Of a stretch of DNA of 64,000 nucleotides, positions 37,804-46,933 are shown in pieces. A program made the position numbers and the translations under genes. Each line of letters starts with the position of its first letter. Position 1 is the stretch's first letter. The notes beneath the pieces are model-generated. The model was not told the DNA's origin, did no database searches, and saw nothing but the letters and a program-made list of their open reading frames with translations. Location of the stretch: IMG/VR virus record IMGVR_UViG_3300028585_000514; one strand, given 5' to 3'. This DNA comes from a virus (Duplodnaviria; Heunggongvirae; Uroviricota; Caudoviricetes).

Positions 37804-38276
37804 GCAACTTACGTCTGTATTCTTTTGTCACCTTCTACCTGGCCAAAGGCATTCATGCCGGCATCCAAACCGGCCATGCCGCCGTGGACCTCGTCCGCAA
37901 GTATGAATGCTACGCTGGCGAACCAACCGAGCAATCGAAGATGGTTGCTAAATGGGCTGATGAAGACAAGACCTTCATCGTGCTGAACGGTGGCATGCAC
38001 TTCGAGATGCAACATGTCCTGGACCTGGTTCGTGACAGCGGATACCCGTTCGAAGTGTTCCATGAATCGGTCGAAGCTTTGGCAGGAATCATGACCTCGA
38101 TCGTCGTTGTGCTGCCTGAAGAAGTGTATGACCTGCGTCGCGTCACCGACCAATACGGCACTCACTACACTCGTAGCTGGGTCGAGAACAACATCAACTT
38201 TACCGAGACTATTAATCCCGGCAATCCGCTGTTCGCGTTCGTCGACATGCTGAAGTCCAAACGGATGGCTGACTAA
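37800..38276 (+). CDS. Peptidyl-tRNA hydrolase 2-like protein (tentative)
   Basis: GIQTGHA (Q..HA), W.....T.IVL, F.E, T.IVV pattern. Confidence 0.6.
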   Translation: MSNLRLYSFVTFYLAKGIHAGIQTGHAAVDLVRKYECYAGEPTEQSKMVAKWADEDKTFIVLNGGMHFEMQHVLDLVRDSGYPFEVFHESVEALAGIMTSIVVVLPEEVYDLRRVTDQYGTHYTRSWVENNINFTETINPGNPLFAFVDMLKSKRMAD

Positions 38277-38542
38277 TGTCTAAGCCGAACTGCTACGAAT
38301 GTGTGCACCGTCGTAACGTTCCGGGTGATGCCCACTCCCGATGCGTGCATCCAGAAGCCAGTGGTGCTGACGAAGTCATGGCCATTCTTCAAATGCTCGG
38401 AATGGGTGGCGTATCACAATCCAACCTGAAGGTTGTAGGCAATCCCCATGGCATCATGAGTGGATGGTTTATGCACCCAATTAATTTTGATCCTGCGTGG
38501 CTCGTAAGCTGCAACGGATTCACGGAGAAGAAAAATGACTGA
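38276..38542 (+). CDS. Small Cys-rich protein
   Basis: CxxC...H..C...C. Confidence 0.8.
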   Translation: MSKPNCYECVHRRNVPGDAHSRCVHPEASGADEVMAILQMLGMGGVSQSNLKVVGNPHGIMSGWFMHPINFDPAWLVSCNGFTEKKND

Positions 38543-39161
38543 CAAGTTCAGTAAGCTGTACATCGCACTCAAGTTCCGTCTTCATGGCATGGGCTTCTTC
38601 GATGCACTCGATGCGTTGGAATACGCTCGCGAAATCCACAGCGGAATGAGGAAGGATGGTCTGACTCCAGAGTTCCAGCATCAGCTCGAAATCGCGAAGT
38701 ACATCCTCACGCTGAAAGGCATTGAGGACCTTGAAGGAGCGATCATCGTTGCGCTGTTGCACGATACCGATGAAGATTATCCATTCCAAATCCCAATGGG
38801 TAAGCTGGAGTCCTACGGTACGGCACGTGCTGAAGCGATCATGTTGCTGAACAAGCATCGCCATCAGTCACTCGCTGAATACTTCGCTGCACTGCCATCA
38901 AATGTTCTAGCTGCAATCGTGAAGGGTGCTGACCGCATCAACAACTTCCAATCGATGAAGCGTGGTAACTTCTCACTAGAGAAGCAAGATCGTTATGCCG
39001 CAGAAGTTCGTGACTACTTCCTGCCAATGCTCAAACGAGCACGCAAGAAGCATGCCAAGTACATGGACGCGTTCTATAACATCGAGACTTTCCTGAAGTT
39101 CCAATACGAGCTGATCACGGATCGACTTCTTGTCGAGAAGCGTACAGCGACTGTCGAGTAA
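38535..39161 (+). CDS. RelA/SpoT-type HD hydrolase ((p)ppGpp hydrolase-like)
   Basis: H....RKDG.TP...H, ALLHD..ED, VK.ADRI.N. Confidence 0.8.
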   Translation: MTDKFSKLYIALKFRLHGMGFFDALDALEYAREIHSGMRKDGLTPEFQHQLEIAKYILTLKGIEDLEGAIIVALLHDTDEDYPFQIPMGKLESYGTARAEAIMLLNKHRHQSLAEYFAALPSNVLAAIVKGADRINNFQSMKRGNFSLEKQDRYAAEVRDYFLPMLKRARKKHAKYMDAFYNIETFLKFQYELITDRLLVEKRTATVE

Positions 39162-39233
39162 TTTCAAGCGCAGCATACAGAAAGTATTATGTCCGAATGG
39201 ATATAATACTTTTGTCGCATCTACCTACCTACT

Positions 39234-39566
39234 ATGACTACCACTAAAGAAATTCAAGAACGGGACGAGAAGCTGAAGGTCATGGGAATGATCATCAAGC
39301 ACAATGGCCATGTTGCATATCAAATGTTTACGCAACAGCCATTGACCCATGAAATCCAGATTGATGCGATCGACTGGCCTCTCGGTGCAATGCCCACCAG
39401 TGTCGCGTTCAAGAACGCTGACCTGATCGGTACCTTGTCGAGCAATGATGTCGACAATCCTGATGGCTCTGAAGCTCCGAAGGTCTTGGAACCAATGGCG
39501 ATGCCTGCACCTCCAGCCGCTCCGATTCCAGTAAAGAAAACGAATCACCTGAAGCGCATCAAATAA
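39234..39566 (+). CDS. Hypothetical protein
   Basis: 110-aa ORF. Confidence 0.75.
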   Translation: MTTTKEIQERDEKLKVMGMIIKHNGHVAYQMFTQQPLTHEIQIDAIDWPLGAMPTSVAFKNADLIGTLSSNDVDNPDGSEAPKVLEPMAMPAPPAAPIPVKKTNHLKRIK

Positions 39567-39597
39567 AAATGGGACCTCAATTGAGGTCCCATTTTAT

Positions 39598-41019
39598 TTA
39601 GGTTACTACGGTAATCGGTACACTGGATGGAGTAAAGTTCGCCTCATACTTAGCGCCAGTCGAAATACAAAAATCGCTTAGATAGGCCTCAACTGTATTT
39701 TGGTTTGATGTGCCAACTGGGTCAGAACCCACACCGAAGATCGCATCGGTAAAATTATAGACTGTAGCTGAATAATTACCTACCGCCACACCATTCAAAT
39801 ACAACGTCATCATGCCGTTTTGACGAACCAAGGCAATATGATTCCAAGTGGTCTTGCTTAATGTGCCACTAGCAGGAATTAGGAACTTATCCGCGTAGCA
39901 ATAAACTTGCGAGTTAATAACGCCAACCGAGAAACCGCTTGTTGTTTCGAAGATGCGTTTTCGATTGCCGAACAAGTTTTTGTAAATGCCATCAGCGGTG
40001 GTCGAGTGATACCAAATCTCTGCGGTAAAGTCATCGGTTCCGAGAACGACCGGTGATGGTGCATTTAGCGTCTGTGTGCCTGGGCCGCAGTAAAGTGCTG
40101 GCAAATCTTGCTGTGGGCGTAGACCTTTAAACACATATGCCTTAGCTGCTTCACGTGAAAACACCCAAGCACCCAATTTAGCATCCACCGGCTCCTGTGA
40201 TGCATTCTTGGTTTCGAAGTCAATGAATGACGTGACGCTATTCCAACTTGGGTCGGTCGCAACGGTGGTTCCGAACGGAGTAACCGGAACCGAATATGTA
40301 GCGCCGGCGTAACGAGCAACGCCTTTGGTCACGCGCCAATTGTCGATATAGCCATTGAAGTTGTGAGCTTGATCGGCAAAGTTAAGTTGAGATGAAGTTG
40401 GGAAGTTGGCCAACATCGTGTAATACGTCGGCTGGAACGGGGTTAGGGAACTTGTGATTGCTAATACTCGTTCGCCGTTTAAATACACGGAATACTGGTT
40501 CCCTTGGCGAGTAATAGCGACGTGATTCCAAGCATCGAGGATCATCGGCTTCGAGACTTTGATTTCATTAGCGATAGTTGTCGATGGTGAATTACCGCCC
40601 GTCGAAGGATTACTAAACGCGCAGTAGTGTAGATAGCCTGTGCCGTCGACATACATACTCTGGCTTTGCCAGCTCACATTTACCATGCCGCCAATGTTGA
40701 ACAGGTTTCCTGTGAAATATTCGGTTGGGTATGCGAAAAATTCGATTGTGAAATCGCCCGGGAAGTAGAATGGGGTAGTTTGTGCAGTATAAAGCACATC
40801 CTTCTTAGCGGTGGTTTTTAGACTCGTAGTACCGCTTTTTGCTTTCTCGGTACTTAGTGCAATTTCGGAACGAGAGAATGGGCTTGTTACTCCGGCGCCT
40901 GTAACAGAGTCAACGACTTTGTTATTCGTGAGTCCGGTTAAACTCATGAGCAGTTTGGTGGTGACACTATTAAAATCGTTCAGCTTGAACGTATACGGAT
41001 GGCATAGAATAAGTGGCAT
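39598..41019 (-). CDS. Virion protein with two LamG-like domains, paralog of 16814-18001
   Basis: MPLI..PY start; DFTIEF/DFTAEI, WNHVAITR/WNHIALVR; late box at 41044-41051. Confidence 0.8.
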   Translation of the reverse strand: MPLILCHPYTFKLNDFNSVTTKLLMSLTGLTNNKVVDSVTGAGVTSPFSRSEIALSTEKAKSGTTSLKTTAKKDVLYTAQTTPFYFPGDFTIEFFAYPTEYFTGNLFNIGGMVNVSWQSQSMYVDGTGYLHYCAFSNPSTGGNSPSTTIANEIKVSKPMILDAWNHVAITRQGNQYSVYLNGERVLAITSSLTPFQPTYYTMLANFPTSSQLNFADQAHNFNGYIDNWRVTKGVARYAGATYSVPVTPFGTTVATDPSWNSVTSFIDFETKNASQEPVDAKLGAWVFSREAAKAYVFKGLRPQQDLPALYCGPGTQTLNAPSPVVLGTDDFTAEIWYHSTTADGIYKNLFGNRKRIFETTSGFSVGVINSQVYCYADKFLIPASGTLSKTTWNHIALVRQNGMMTLYLNGVAVGNYSATVYNFTDAIFGVGSDPVGTSNQNTVEAYLSDFCISTGAKYEANFTPSSVPITVVT

Positions 41020-41131
41020 GTTAATCCTTTGTTGTTAACATCATATTTATTCGTGGCCACTCAAAAAGTTGTACAAATACTTAAAGTCTGTGTAGAATGC
41101 ATCTATCGACAACGAACTTGAAGGAAATAAC

Positions 41132-41548
41132 ATGTACCGTACCTTGAACGATGCCCAACACATCAACCCGATGTTCGCTGAAGGCGACGCCGTCAAGGTG
41201 TGGTACGTGAAGGATGAATTCCACCGTGCCCTCAGCATGGGAATCAAGTTCGCTGTCGAGGTGGAAGGTAATGACATTGTCGACCTGAACAATCTCGAGA
41301 AGACCCACGTCATGATCGGCTCGATCGCCGGCAACCCAGATTACGATGCATACACCTATGGTGGCTACCTGCAGGGTGAATACTGGTCACCAAACGGCGA
41401 AGCTCGTGACTTGATCCGGTCGTTTGGTCTGTACAGCACCTCGTTCGAGCGCGGCGACATTCTCCAGATCGGCGACAAGTTCTACACCTGGAGTGGCATG
41501 GGCCGCTACCAAGAATTCAACAACGATACTTTTAAGAAAGCAAAATAA
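41132..41548 (+). CDS. Hypothetical early protein
   Basis: Promoter TGTACA(41070)-N17-TAGAAT plus the repeated leader. Confidence 0.85.
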   Translation: MYRTLNDAQHINPMFAEGDAVKVWYVKDEFHRALSMGIKFAVEVEGNDIVDLNNLEKTHVMIGSIAGNPDYDAYTYGGYLQGEYWSPNGEARDLIRSFGLYSTSFERGDILQIGDKFYTWSGMGRYQEFNNDTFKKAK

Positions 41549-41549
41549 G

Positions 41550-42149
41550 ATGGATTTGCAAGATATTGGCAATATGGACCTGGCCTATGCCGGAGCTCCA
41601 TACACCGCGCTCAACGCAGACGGCACGGAAGATAAGGCGATGATCGCCGAACGTATGCGAGTCTTCATGATGTGCCTGGCTTCGCTGACTCGCCGCGGTA
41701 TCAAGGTTTGCTCGCCGCTCCTCATGGATGGTGTCCGCAAACACGATGCCGACATTCCCGGCGACTGGAAGTACTGGGGTGATTACTCCACGGTCATGCT
41801 CGAGAAATGCAACGTGCTGATCATCATCAAGATTCCTGGCTGGGATAAATCTTCCGGCGTTGCTGGCGAAATCCAGATCGCGAAGGTGAACCGCATCCCG
41901 GTGATCTACGTCGACCCTATCGAGTTGATCGGCGAGGCCGGCAAGATTGCCGACAAGAATCTGATCGACGACGGCGCCATCCTGGTCCGTGTCAGTAAGA
42001 TCAAGAACACCTTCGTACGCCGCCTGGCGATCGCAGCGAGCATCATCCCGATCACAGCAATCAACATACTCCTCGTTGGGGTTGCGATCCCTAAAGCCCT
42101 CCTGGGCAATACGGCGATCGCTTTCCGTTCAGCGAAGAAGCACTGGTAA
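41550..42149 (+). CDS. DUF1937-like (NDT-superfamily) domain with a C-terminal hydrophobic segment
   Basis: Y.GAPYT, V.SPL, L.KC..L....PGW.KS.GV..EI..A. Confidence 0.7.
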   Translation: MDLQDIGNMDLAYAGAPYTALNADGTEDKAMIAERMRVFMMCLASLTRRGIKVCSPLLMDGVRKHDADIPGDWKYWGDYSTVMLEKCNVLIIIKIPGWDKSSGVAGEIQIAKVNRIPVIYVDPIELIGEAGKIADKNLIDDGAILVRVSKIKNTFVRRLAIAASIIPITAINILLVGVAIPKALLGNTAIAFRSAKKHW

Positions 42150-42270
42150 CAATCTGATACATTAAATCAGTAATGGGAGCCAATGGCTCCCATTTTCGCG
42201 TTATAAATAAAACATTCAAGTGCGCGATTCTCCTCAAATCGTTGCTGCGAAATATAATTCATTTATCAAT

Positions 42271-42348
42271 TGCGGGATAGAGAAGCCTGGTCATCTCACT
42301 AGCCTCATAAGCTAGAGGTCGGTGGTTCGAATCCACCTCCCGCAACCA
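42271..42348 (+). tRNA. tRNA-fMet-like (CAT)
   Basis: TGCGGG start, A11-U24, loop CTCATAA, CCA end. Confidence 0.85.
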
Positions 42349-42364
42349 TTTCCTTTTAATCTAA

Positions 42365-42437
42365 TGCGGGTTCCAATGGTGGACTCTGGTCTCATAAGCC
42401 ACGATGGGATGAAGTTCGATTCTTCAGCCCGCATCCA
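42365..42437 (+). tRNA. tRNA-Met-like (CAT) with a reduced D arm
   Basis: 7-bp acceptor, TCCA-ATGG-TGGA mini D arm, TGGT-CTCATAA-GCCA, T arm, CCA. Confidence 0.65.
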
Positions 42438-42452
42438 ATATACGGAGTAAGC

Positions 42453-42758
42453 ATGACAACCAAGACTGAATTAGTCGAGTTGGCCAAGCAGAAGTATGTC
42501 GAAACCAATCCGGCCATTCGCTGCCTGATTACTGCCATCACCGAGGCTCAGAACCAGCAAATCGCTGCTCGCATGTTCATGAGCCGCAATGCTGAAATTC
42601 TCAGCAACGCCTTCACCCACGAACCCTACACCACCTACGTAGACGAGAATGTCATGCGTCACACGACCGACTTTGTTGCATCCGCGGCGAAGCTGAATAC
42701 GTTGCTCATGACATTAGCGTGCGCCCTCGAGGCATGCGGAGAGAAAATCGAATACTGA
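42453..42758 (+). CDS. Hypothetical protein
   Basis: GGAG RBS. Confidence 0.8.
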   Translation: MTTKTELVELAKQKYVETNPAIRCLITAITEAQNQQIAARMFMSRNAEILSNAFTHEPYTTYVDENVMRHTTDFVASAAKLNTLLMTLACALEACGEKIEY

Positions 42759-42759
42759 C

Positions 42760-43080
42760 ATGTCAAAGAAACCTAAAGAGCAGAAACATGCTGTTGCCGG
42801 GAAGCCGGAAGAACAGAAGAAGCCAGAGCCGCGCAAGATGACAGTGTGGTCGGAGTATCACAAAGAACATCAGCAAATGTCGCTTGAAGCTGCGGTTCGT
42901 GAATCAATCAAGAACTGGAACGCTCCTACATGGGGCGTGAGTGAGCAATGGTTCGCGGAACCCGGAATCACTGGTCCAGTGAATGCTACGATGAAGTCGT
43001 GCAACTACTATCCGGTCCTCGTGAATGGTAAGCAAGTTGCGGTGAATGGCGTGTACGAATTCGAATACCGTCCTTCATAA
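42760..43080 (+). CDS. Hypothetical protein
   Basis: 106-aa ORF. Confidence 0.8.
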   Translation: MSKKPKEQKHAVAGKPEEQKKPEPRKMTVWSEYHKEHQQMSLEAAVRESIKNWNAPTWGVSEQWFAEPGITGPVNATMKSCNYYPVLVNGKQVAVNGVYEFEYRPS

Positions 43081-43159
43081 TTCAAGTACTACTTTCGATG
43101 GCGTAAGATATAATGCATCTATCGACAAACACAACGTCGGTAGATGCAGAAACAAAAAC

Positions 43160-43236
43160 GGCGAGTTAGCTCAGTTGGTTAGAGCAGGAAACTTCAAATC
43201 TCTTGGTCACCGGTTCGAGTCCGGTACTCGCCACCA
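43160..43236 (+). tRNA. tRNA with a TCA anticodon (opal suppressor-like, not Sec)
   Basis: Perfect acceptor, D and T arms; loop CTTCAAA; weak anticodon stem; short variable loop. Confidence 0.75.
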
Positions 43237-43326
43237 AATTCTAAGACGATGTTATCTTAATTGATGACATCGTCTTTTCGTATATCATCCGATAAATAAA
43301 ACAATAACATAATCGGAAATCCCAAA

Positions 43327-43740
43327 ATGTTGCTTCAAGAAATCAAAGACCTATCTACGGCCCAGATCGCCGAGCTTCGTAAGCAGATGCTTAAGAACTT
43401 GCGCGACTTTTGCCAAAAGTCCTTTCAAAAGCCTGTTGACCTAAACAGCAAAGGCGAACACATCTACGCCAAGCATCACACCAATGAACAGATTGAATTC
43501 GACCTATGGATTCATTCTGATTTCATTTTCCTTGATAATTTCTATCTTGATGATAGCCTCAAAAATCATGGACTTGGTACTCGCTTCGTTGAAACCTTGG
43601 TCGCCACCCTTCCGGACACTATGACTATCAAAGTCCGTGATCATGATGGCCCTGAGACCGATATGGTGAGCATGAGTAATACCTTCTGGGCTAAGATGAA
43701 AGCCAAGCATGATTCACATAAGTGGATCATCACACACTAA
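43327..43740 (+). CDS. Late protein with a GNAT-like motif (tentative)
   Basis: FYLDDSLKNHGLGT; GATAAATA box at 43291-43298. Confidence 0.6.
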   Translation: MLLQEIKDLSTAQIAELRKQMLKNLRDFCQKSFQKPVDLNSKGEHIYAKHHTNEQIEFDLWIHSDFIFLDNFYLDDSLKNHGLGTRFVETLVATLPDTMTIKVRDHDGPETDMVSMSNTFWAKMKAKHDSHKWIITH

Positions 43741-43747
43741 GGATGAC

Positions 43748-44410
43748 ATGAAGCTATTTGAGATTTTAGATTCTGCTGGCAAGAAAGGCGATTTGAAGGA
43801 TGCGGTCGAACGACTAGCTAAGGCTCATGGGCGAGAATTGTTTAGCGGCCAACAAGCCTACGTCATTCCTTCAAAGAATGGCAAGTATGTTTACCGAGTA
43901 TGGAGTCGCGACGCTGGCTACGAAAAGTGGCTAAAGGAAGCACTCAAGATGCAGGATAATCCTCACGTGATGAAGGTCTTAGGCAAGCTACGCGTCATCG
44001 AGAACGTCACATACGGCGGTAAGCAAGGCGATGTCAAGGTCCTAAAGCTGGAACGTTTGAAGCCCGTCACCGATTCGAATTTTGAAGATGCGCTTGAACT
44101 ATTGACCGCGGTGAAGTTTAGCACAACGCTGGACGATATTAAGAAGATGGATGCTAAATCCTTCCTCGAGCTTGCTCTTACTCCAGAAAATGCAGCCAAG
44201 TTTTATATCGACGAAATCAAACCTGGTCCAGCAAAGTTCTTGACTAACAATAAGTCATTTGTCGCTACATACTTGAAACTACTCCAACTTGGGTACAACG
44301 ACTTAACCCCAGACAACATTATGGCACGTGGTGATATTCCAGTTTTTGTTGATCCATACGGGATGGACGAAGAAATGTGGGGAGACTATGATGATGATGG
44401 CGATTGGTAA
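43748..44410 (+). CDS. Protein-kinase-like (APH/RIO-fold) protein
   Basis: SGQQAYV, P.V.KV, LERL, NDLTPDNIM, VFVDP. Confidence 0.7.
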   Translation: MKLFEILDSAGKKGDLKDAVERLAKAHGRELFSGQQAYVIPSKNGKYVYRVWSRDAGYEKWLKEALKMQDNPHVMKVLGKLRVIENVTYGGKQGDVKVLKLERLKPVTDSNFEDALELLTAVKFSTTLDDIKKMDAKSFLELALTPENAAKFYIDEIKPGPAKFLTNNKSFVATYLKLLQLGYNDLTPDNIMARGDIPVFVDPYGMDEEMWGDYDDDGDW

Positions 44411-44440
44411 TCTCTAGGCGTCCTAGGACGCCGCCTATAA

Positions 44441-44518
44441 GCGGTATTAGCATATGGCAATGCATGAGCCTACCTCAAATTGGCTGACTTCAGGTTCGAT
44501 TCCTGATGACCGCTCCGA
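44441..44518 (+). pseudogene. Degenerate tRNA-like element with a Gly-like acceptor
   Basis: GCGGT/ACCGC ends, GCAT/ATGC D stem, TCAGG-TTCGATT-CCTGA; irregular anticodon arm. Confidence 0.45.
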
Positions 44519-44576
44519 CACGTAAATTCTCAACGGATTGATAAATACTGGTAACGTAATCGTTATCGGAGCCAGT

Positions 44577-44831
44577 ATGCTTTACCTAAGCCTTACCCCG
44601 CATGTCAGCACGATTCGTTTCTATGATCAGCCTGACGGGTATGAAAATCGCGTACCATATATCGGAATTATGACCATCACTCACTTGAGTGATACCACGG
44701 CATATATTTCCGGAGCACTAGGCAATTTCGATAAAGCCGCTTATACTCAAGTCATGGCTTTGTTGAAAGAGCACGGAGTCAAAACTCTTCTTTACGAGCG
44801 TCGTGGCAAGTTCATTACGCGAGACTTGTAA
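44577..44831 (+). CDS. Hypothetical protein
   Basis: GGAG RBS before ATG at 44577; late box at 44540-44547. Confidence 0.7.
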   Translation: MLYLSLTPHVSTIRFYDQPDGYENRVPYIGIMTITHLSDTTAYISGALGNFDKAAYTQVMALLKEHGVKTLLYERRGKFITRDL

Positions 44832-44925
44832 TCACAAGAGAAACTTCTCCAAGAACATAAATAAGACTTATAACAAAGATGGGCTTGATCCCACGCGCAA
44901 AAAATAATTCTTATGGAGAAGATTC

Positions 44926-45531
44926 ATGCTTAATGATGGCCTAACACTCGTCGACGGTTCTTCCGTCAACAATCTAAAAATCGCTTCTGGTACTACCTTC
45001 CCAGCATCACCGATGGACGGTCAAAACTTCCGTTTGACCGCGACTTCTGGTAGCTATGCACCTGGTCAATACTGGTACAATGCTTCAACCTCAACCTGGG
45101 TTTCAGGTGACATCACTGCTGTTGTCGCTGGTGCTGGTCTTCTTGGTGGCGGTCAAATCGGCGACGTAACTCTATCGCTAGACAAGTCTGCGATCCCTTA
45201 CGACATCGCTGGTTCGATCCTAAGCAAGCCAACGGCATCTGCTATTGTGATGCGTTTTGTTTCGGTTCGCGCATTCACTCTACCGACAAACTTTGCTGGT
45301 AGCCGTGCAGTGGCATCGACCGTGCCGACTGGCACAACTGTATTTGTCGTGCGCAAGAATGGTACACAAGTTGGTACCCTAACCTTCTCCGCAAATAACG
45401 AACCAGGCGTCTTCGCTAGCACAGCTCCGGTTACTTATGAACCAGGTGCAGTCATGGCGATCGTCGCACCAGCGACCCCAGACGCAACTCTAAATAACGT
45501 TCAGTTTACTTTCGTCGGTACTCTAGCTTAA
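44926..45531 (+). CDS. Putative virion protein, paralog of 14793-15290
   Basis: MLNDG...FP; Gly/Thr-rich; CATAAATA box at 44856-44863. Confidence 0.8.
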   Translation: MLNDGLTLVDGSSVNNLKIASGTTFPASPMDGQNFRLTATSGSYAPGQYWYNASTSTWVSGDITAVVAGAGLLGGGQIGDVTLSLDKSAIPYDIAGSILSKPTASAIVMRFVSVRAFTLPTNFAGSRAVASTVPTGTTVFVVRKNGTQVGTLTFSANNEPGVFASTAPVTYEPGAVMAIVAPATPDATLNNVQFTFVGTLA

Positions 45532-45592
45532 TTTAGAAGTGCAATGCAAAAAGGCTCCCAATTGGGAGCCTTTTTTGTTTCTGTTGAAGAAG

Positions 45593-45727
45593 TTATGCGT
45601 CTTCTTCCTCGGCTTGCTGGAAACCTTCGACCCAGTCATTCCAGTCAGCGGAGCCGTATTTGTACGGATTGTCGTCGATCGAGTCTCCGTCGGTATAGGC
45701 TTGATAGCCTAAGTCACGGGCGTTCAC
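45593..45727 (-). CDS. Rmf/CrpP-fold-like small protein
   Basis: GTG start coupled to the upstream TGA; GY.AY..G.....NPY......W..GF pattern. Confidence 0.55.
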   Translation of the reverse strand: MNARDLGYQAYTDGDSIDDNPYKYGSADWNDWVEGFQQAEEEDA

Positions 45728-46074
45728 GCTGGCACCTTTTCGGCTTCGGCTTCCGCAACGATCTTGACCATCGCGCGGATGGTCGCTTCGACGCCGAGCT
45801 GGGAGTTGGCATCGTAACCGGTCGCAGCCTTGATGTCGCCGACTTGACGCCAGCCATCTTCGGTCTTGACATAGCCGCCGACCATGTATCCGCACTTGGT
45901 GCCATGTGCCGTGCTAGCGAAACGCCATGCCACGACTGCACCGGTGCCAGACTTGGTCAGGCTTCCTTCCGCGATTGGGCCGAAGCCTTGCCACGGAGTT
46001 TTCTTGGCTTTCATGTCACGCTGCACATCTTTTTGAATTGCAGCAATGATTTTGCCAGGGAGGCCAGTTGCCAT
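45724..46074 (-). CDS. Hypothetical early protein
   Basis: AAGGA RBS; TTTACA-N17-TACGAT promoter at 46110-46138. Confidence 0.85.
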   Translation of the reverse strand: MATGLPGKIIAAIQKDVQRDMKAKKTPWQGFGPIAEGSLTKSGTGAVVAWRFASTAHGTKCGYMVGGYVKTEDGWRQVGDIKAATGYDANSQLGVEATIRAMVKIVAEAEAEKVPA

Positions 46075-46195
46075 GTCGAAGTTCCTTTCAATAATTAAGT
46101 GGTATAGCTATCGTACCCCATGATTCCACGAATGTAAACAACTTTTGTGAAATATATTTTGAGAAACAAAAAAGCCACCTTGCGGTGGCTTTTCT

Positions 46196-46522
46196 TTATG
46201 CGTTCGGATACTTAGCATCGAGAATATCGATGTAAGCAAGAGGACTTGTACCAGGCTCAAGCGTGGTGATGTTCTTGAAACCATTCTCTGGAGTAATGAG
46301 ACTTTCAGTTTCATCGATTGCACCGTGATACTTACGGAAGCCAGGTTTATTCATCATCTTGCCTGTCGCTGGATCGATCGAACCCCATTGAGTCCAATCA
46401 GTCTTGTTGCGATTGTCGATCGGTTCGACGTAGTATGTTTTGCCAGTTCGTTTGGAGTGAACAATGAAGCGACCAGTGTCGTCAGTGTTAGTTAGGAATT
46501 TGGAGGCTAGGGTGGAGTTCAT
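46196..46522 (-). CDS. Hypothetical protein
   Basis: AAGGA RBS before ATG at 46522. Confidence 0.8.
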   Translation of the reverse strand: MNSTLASKFLTNTDDTGRFIVHSKRTGKTYYVEPIDNRNKTDWTQWGSIDPATGKMMNKPGFRKYHGAIDETESLITPENGFKNITTLEPGTSPLAYIDILDAKYPNA

Positions 46523-46710
46523 ACGATAATCCTTTATTTTCGGTGTGTCTCTGTTCGTTGGCAGCTGCCCATGTTTCCACGGAGACACGAAGTTGCTCTG
46601 ATAGCTTTACTGCGTAATTTAGTCGTTCGATTAAAGATTGATCGGCTGTAGTTGACATCGGAGCACCTATGAAAAATTAAAGAGTTATGTAGGGGTTGTT
46701 TTAAGTTATT

Positions 46711-46786
46711 TGGTGCTGACAACTGGAATCGAACCAGTGACCTCTTCCATACCAGGGAAGTGCTCTACCAATTGAGCTACGTCAGC
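46711..46786 (-). tRNA. tRNA-Thr (GGT)
   Basis: CTTCC-CTGGTAT-GGAAG; CCA end. Confidence 0.95.
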
Positions 46787-46933
46787 ATTGTTTTAATTCA
46801 AGCGAAATTTCCTCGCTATGTTAAATGGAGCACAGAGCGAGTGTGACTCCATCCGTATAATGGACTCATCGATGCGAATTACCGTATTGATTACTGAAGG
46901 AAATTTCCTTTAATTAACCTTTTGGAGGTCATC

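Noticed and set aside
43160-43236. Selenocysteine tRNA
   Set aside because: 77 nt with a 7-bp acceptor stem and short variable loop; lacks the long acceptor stem and variable arm of tRNA-Sec.
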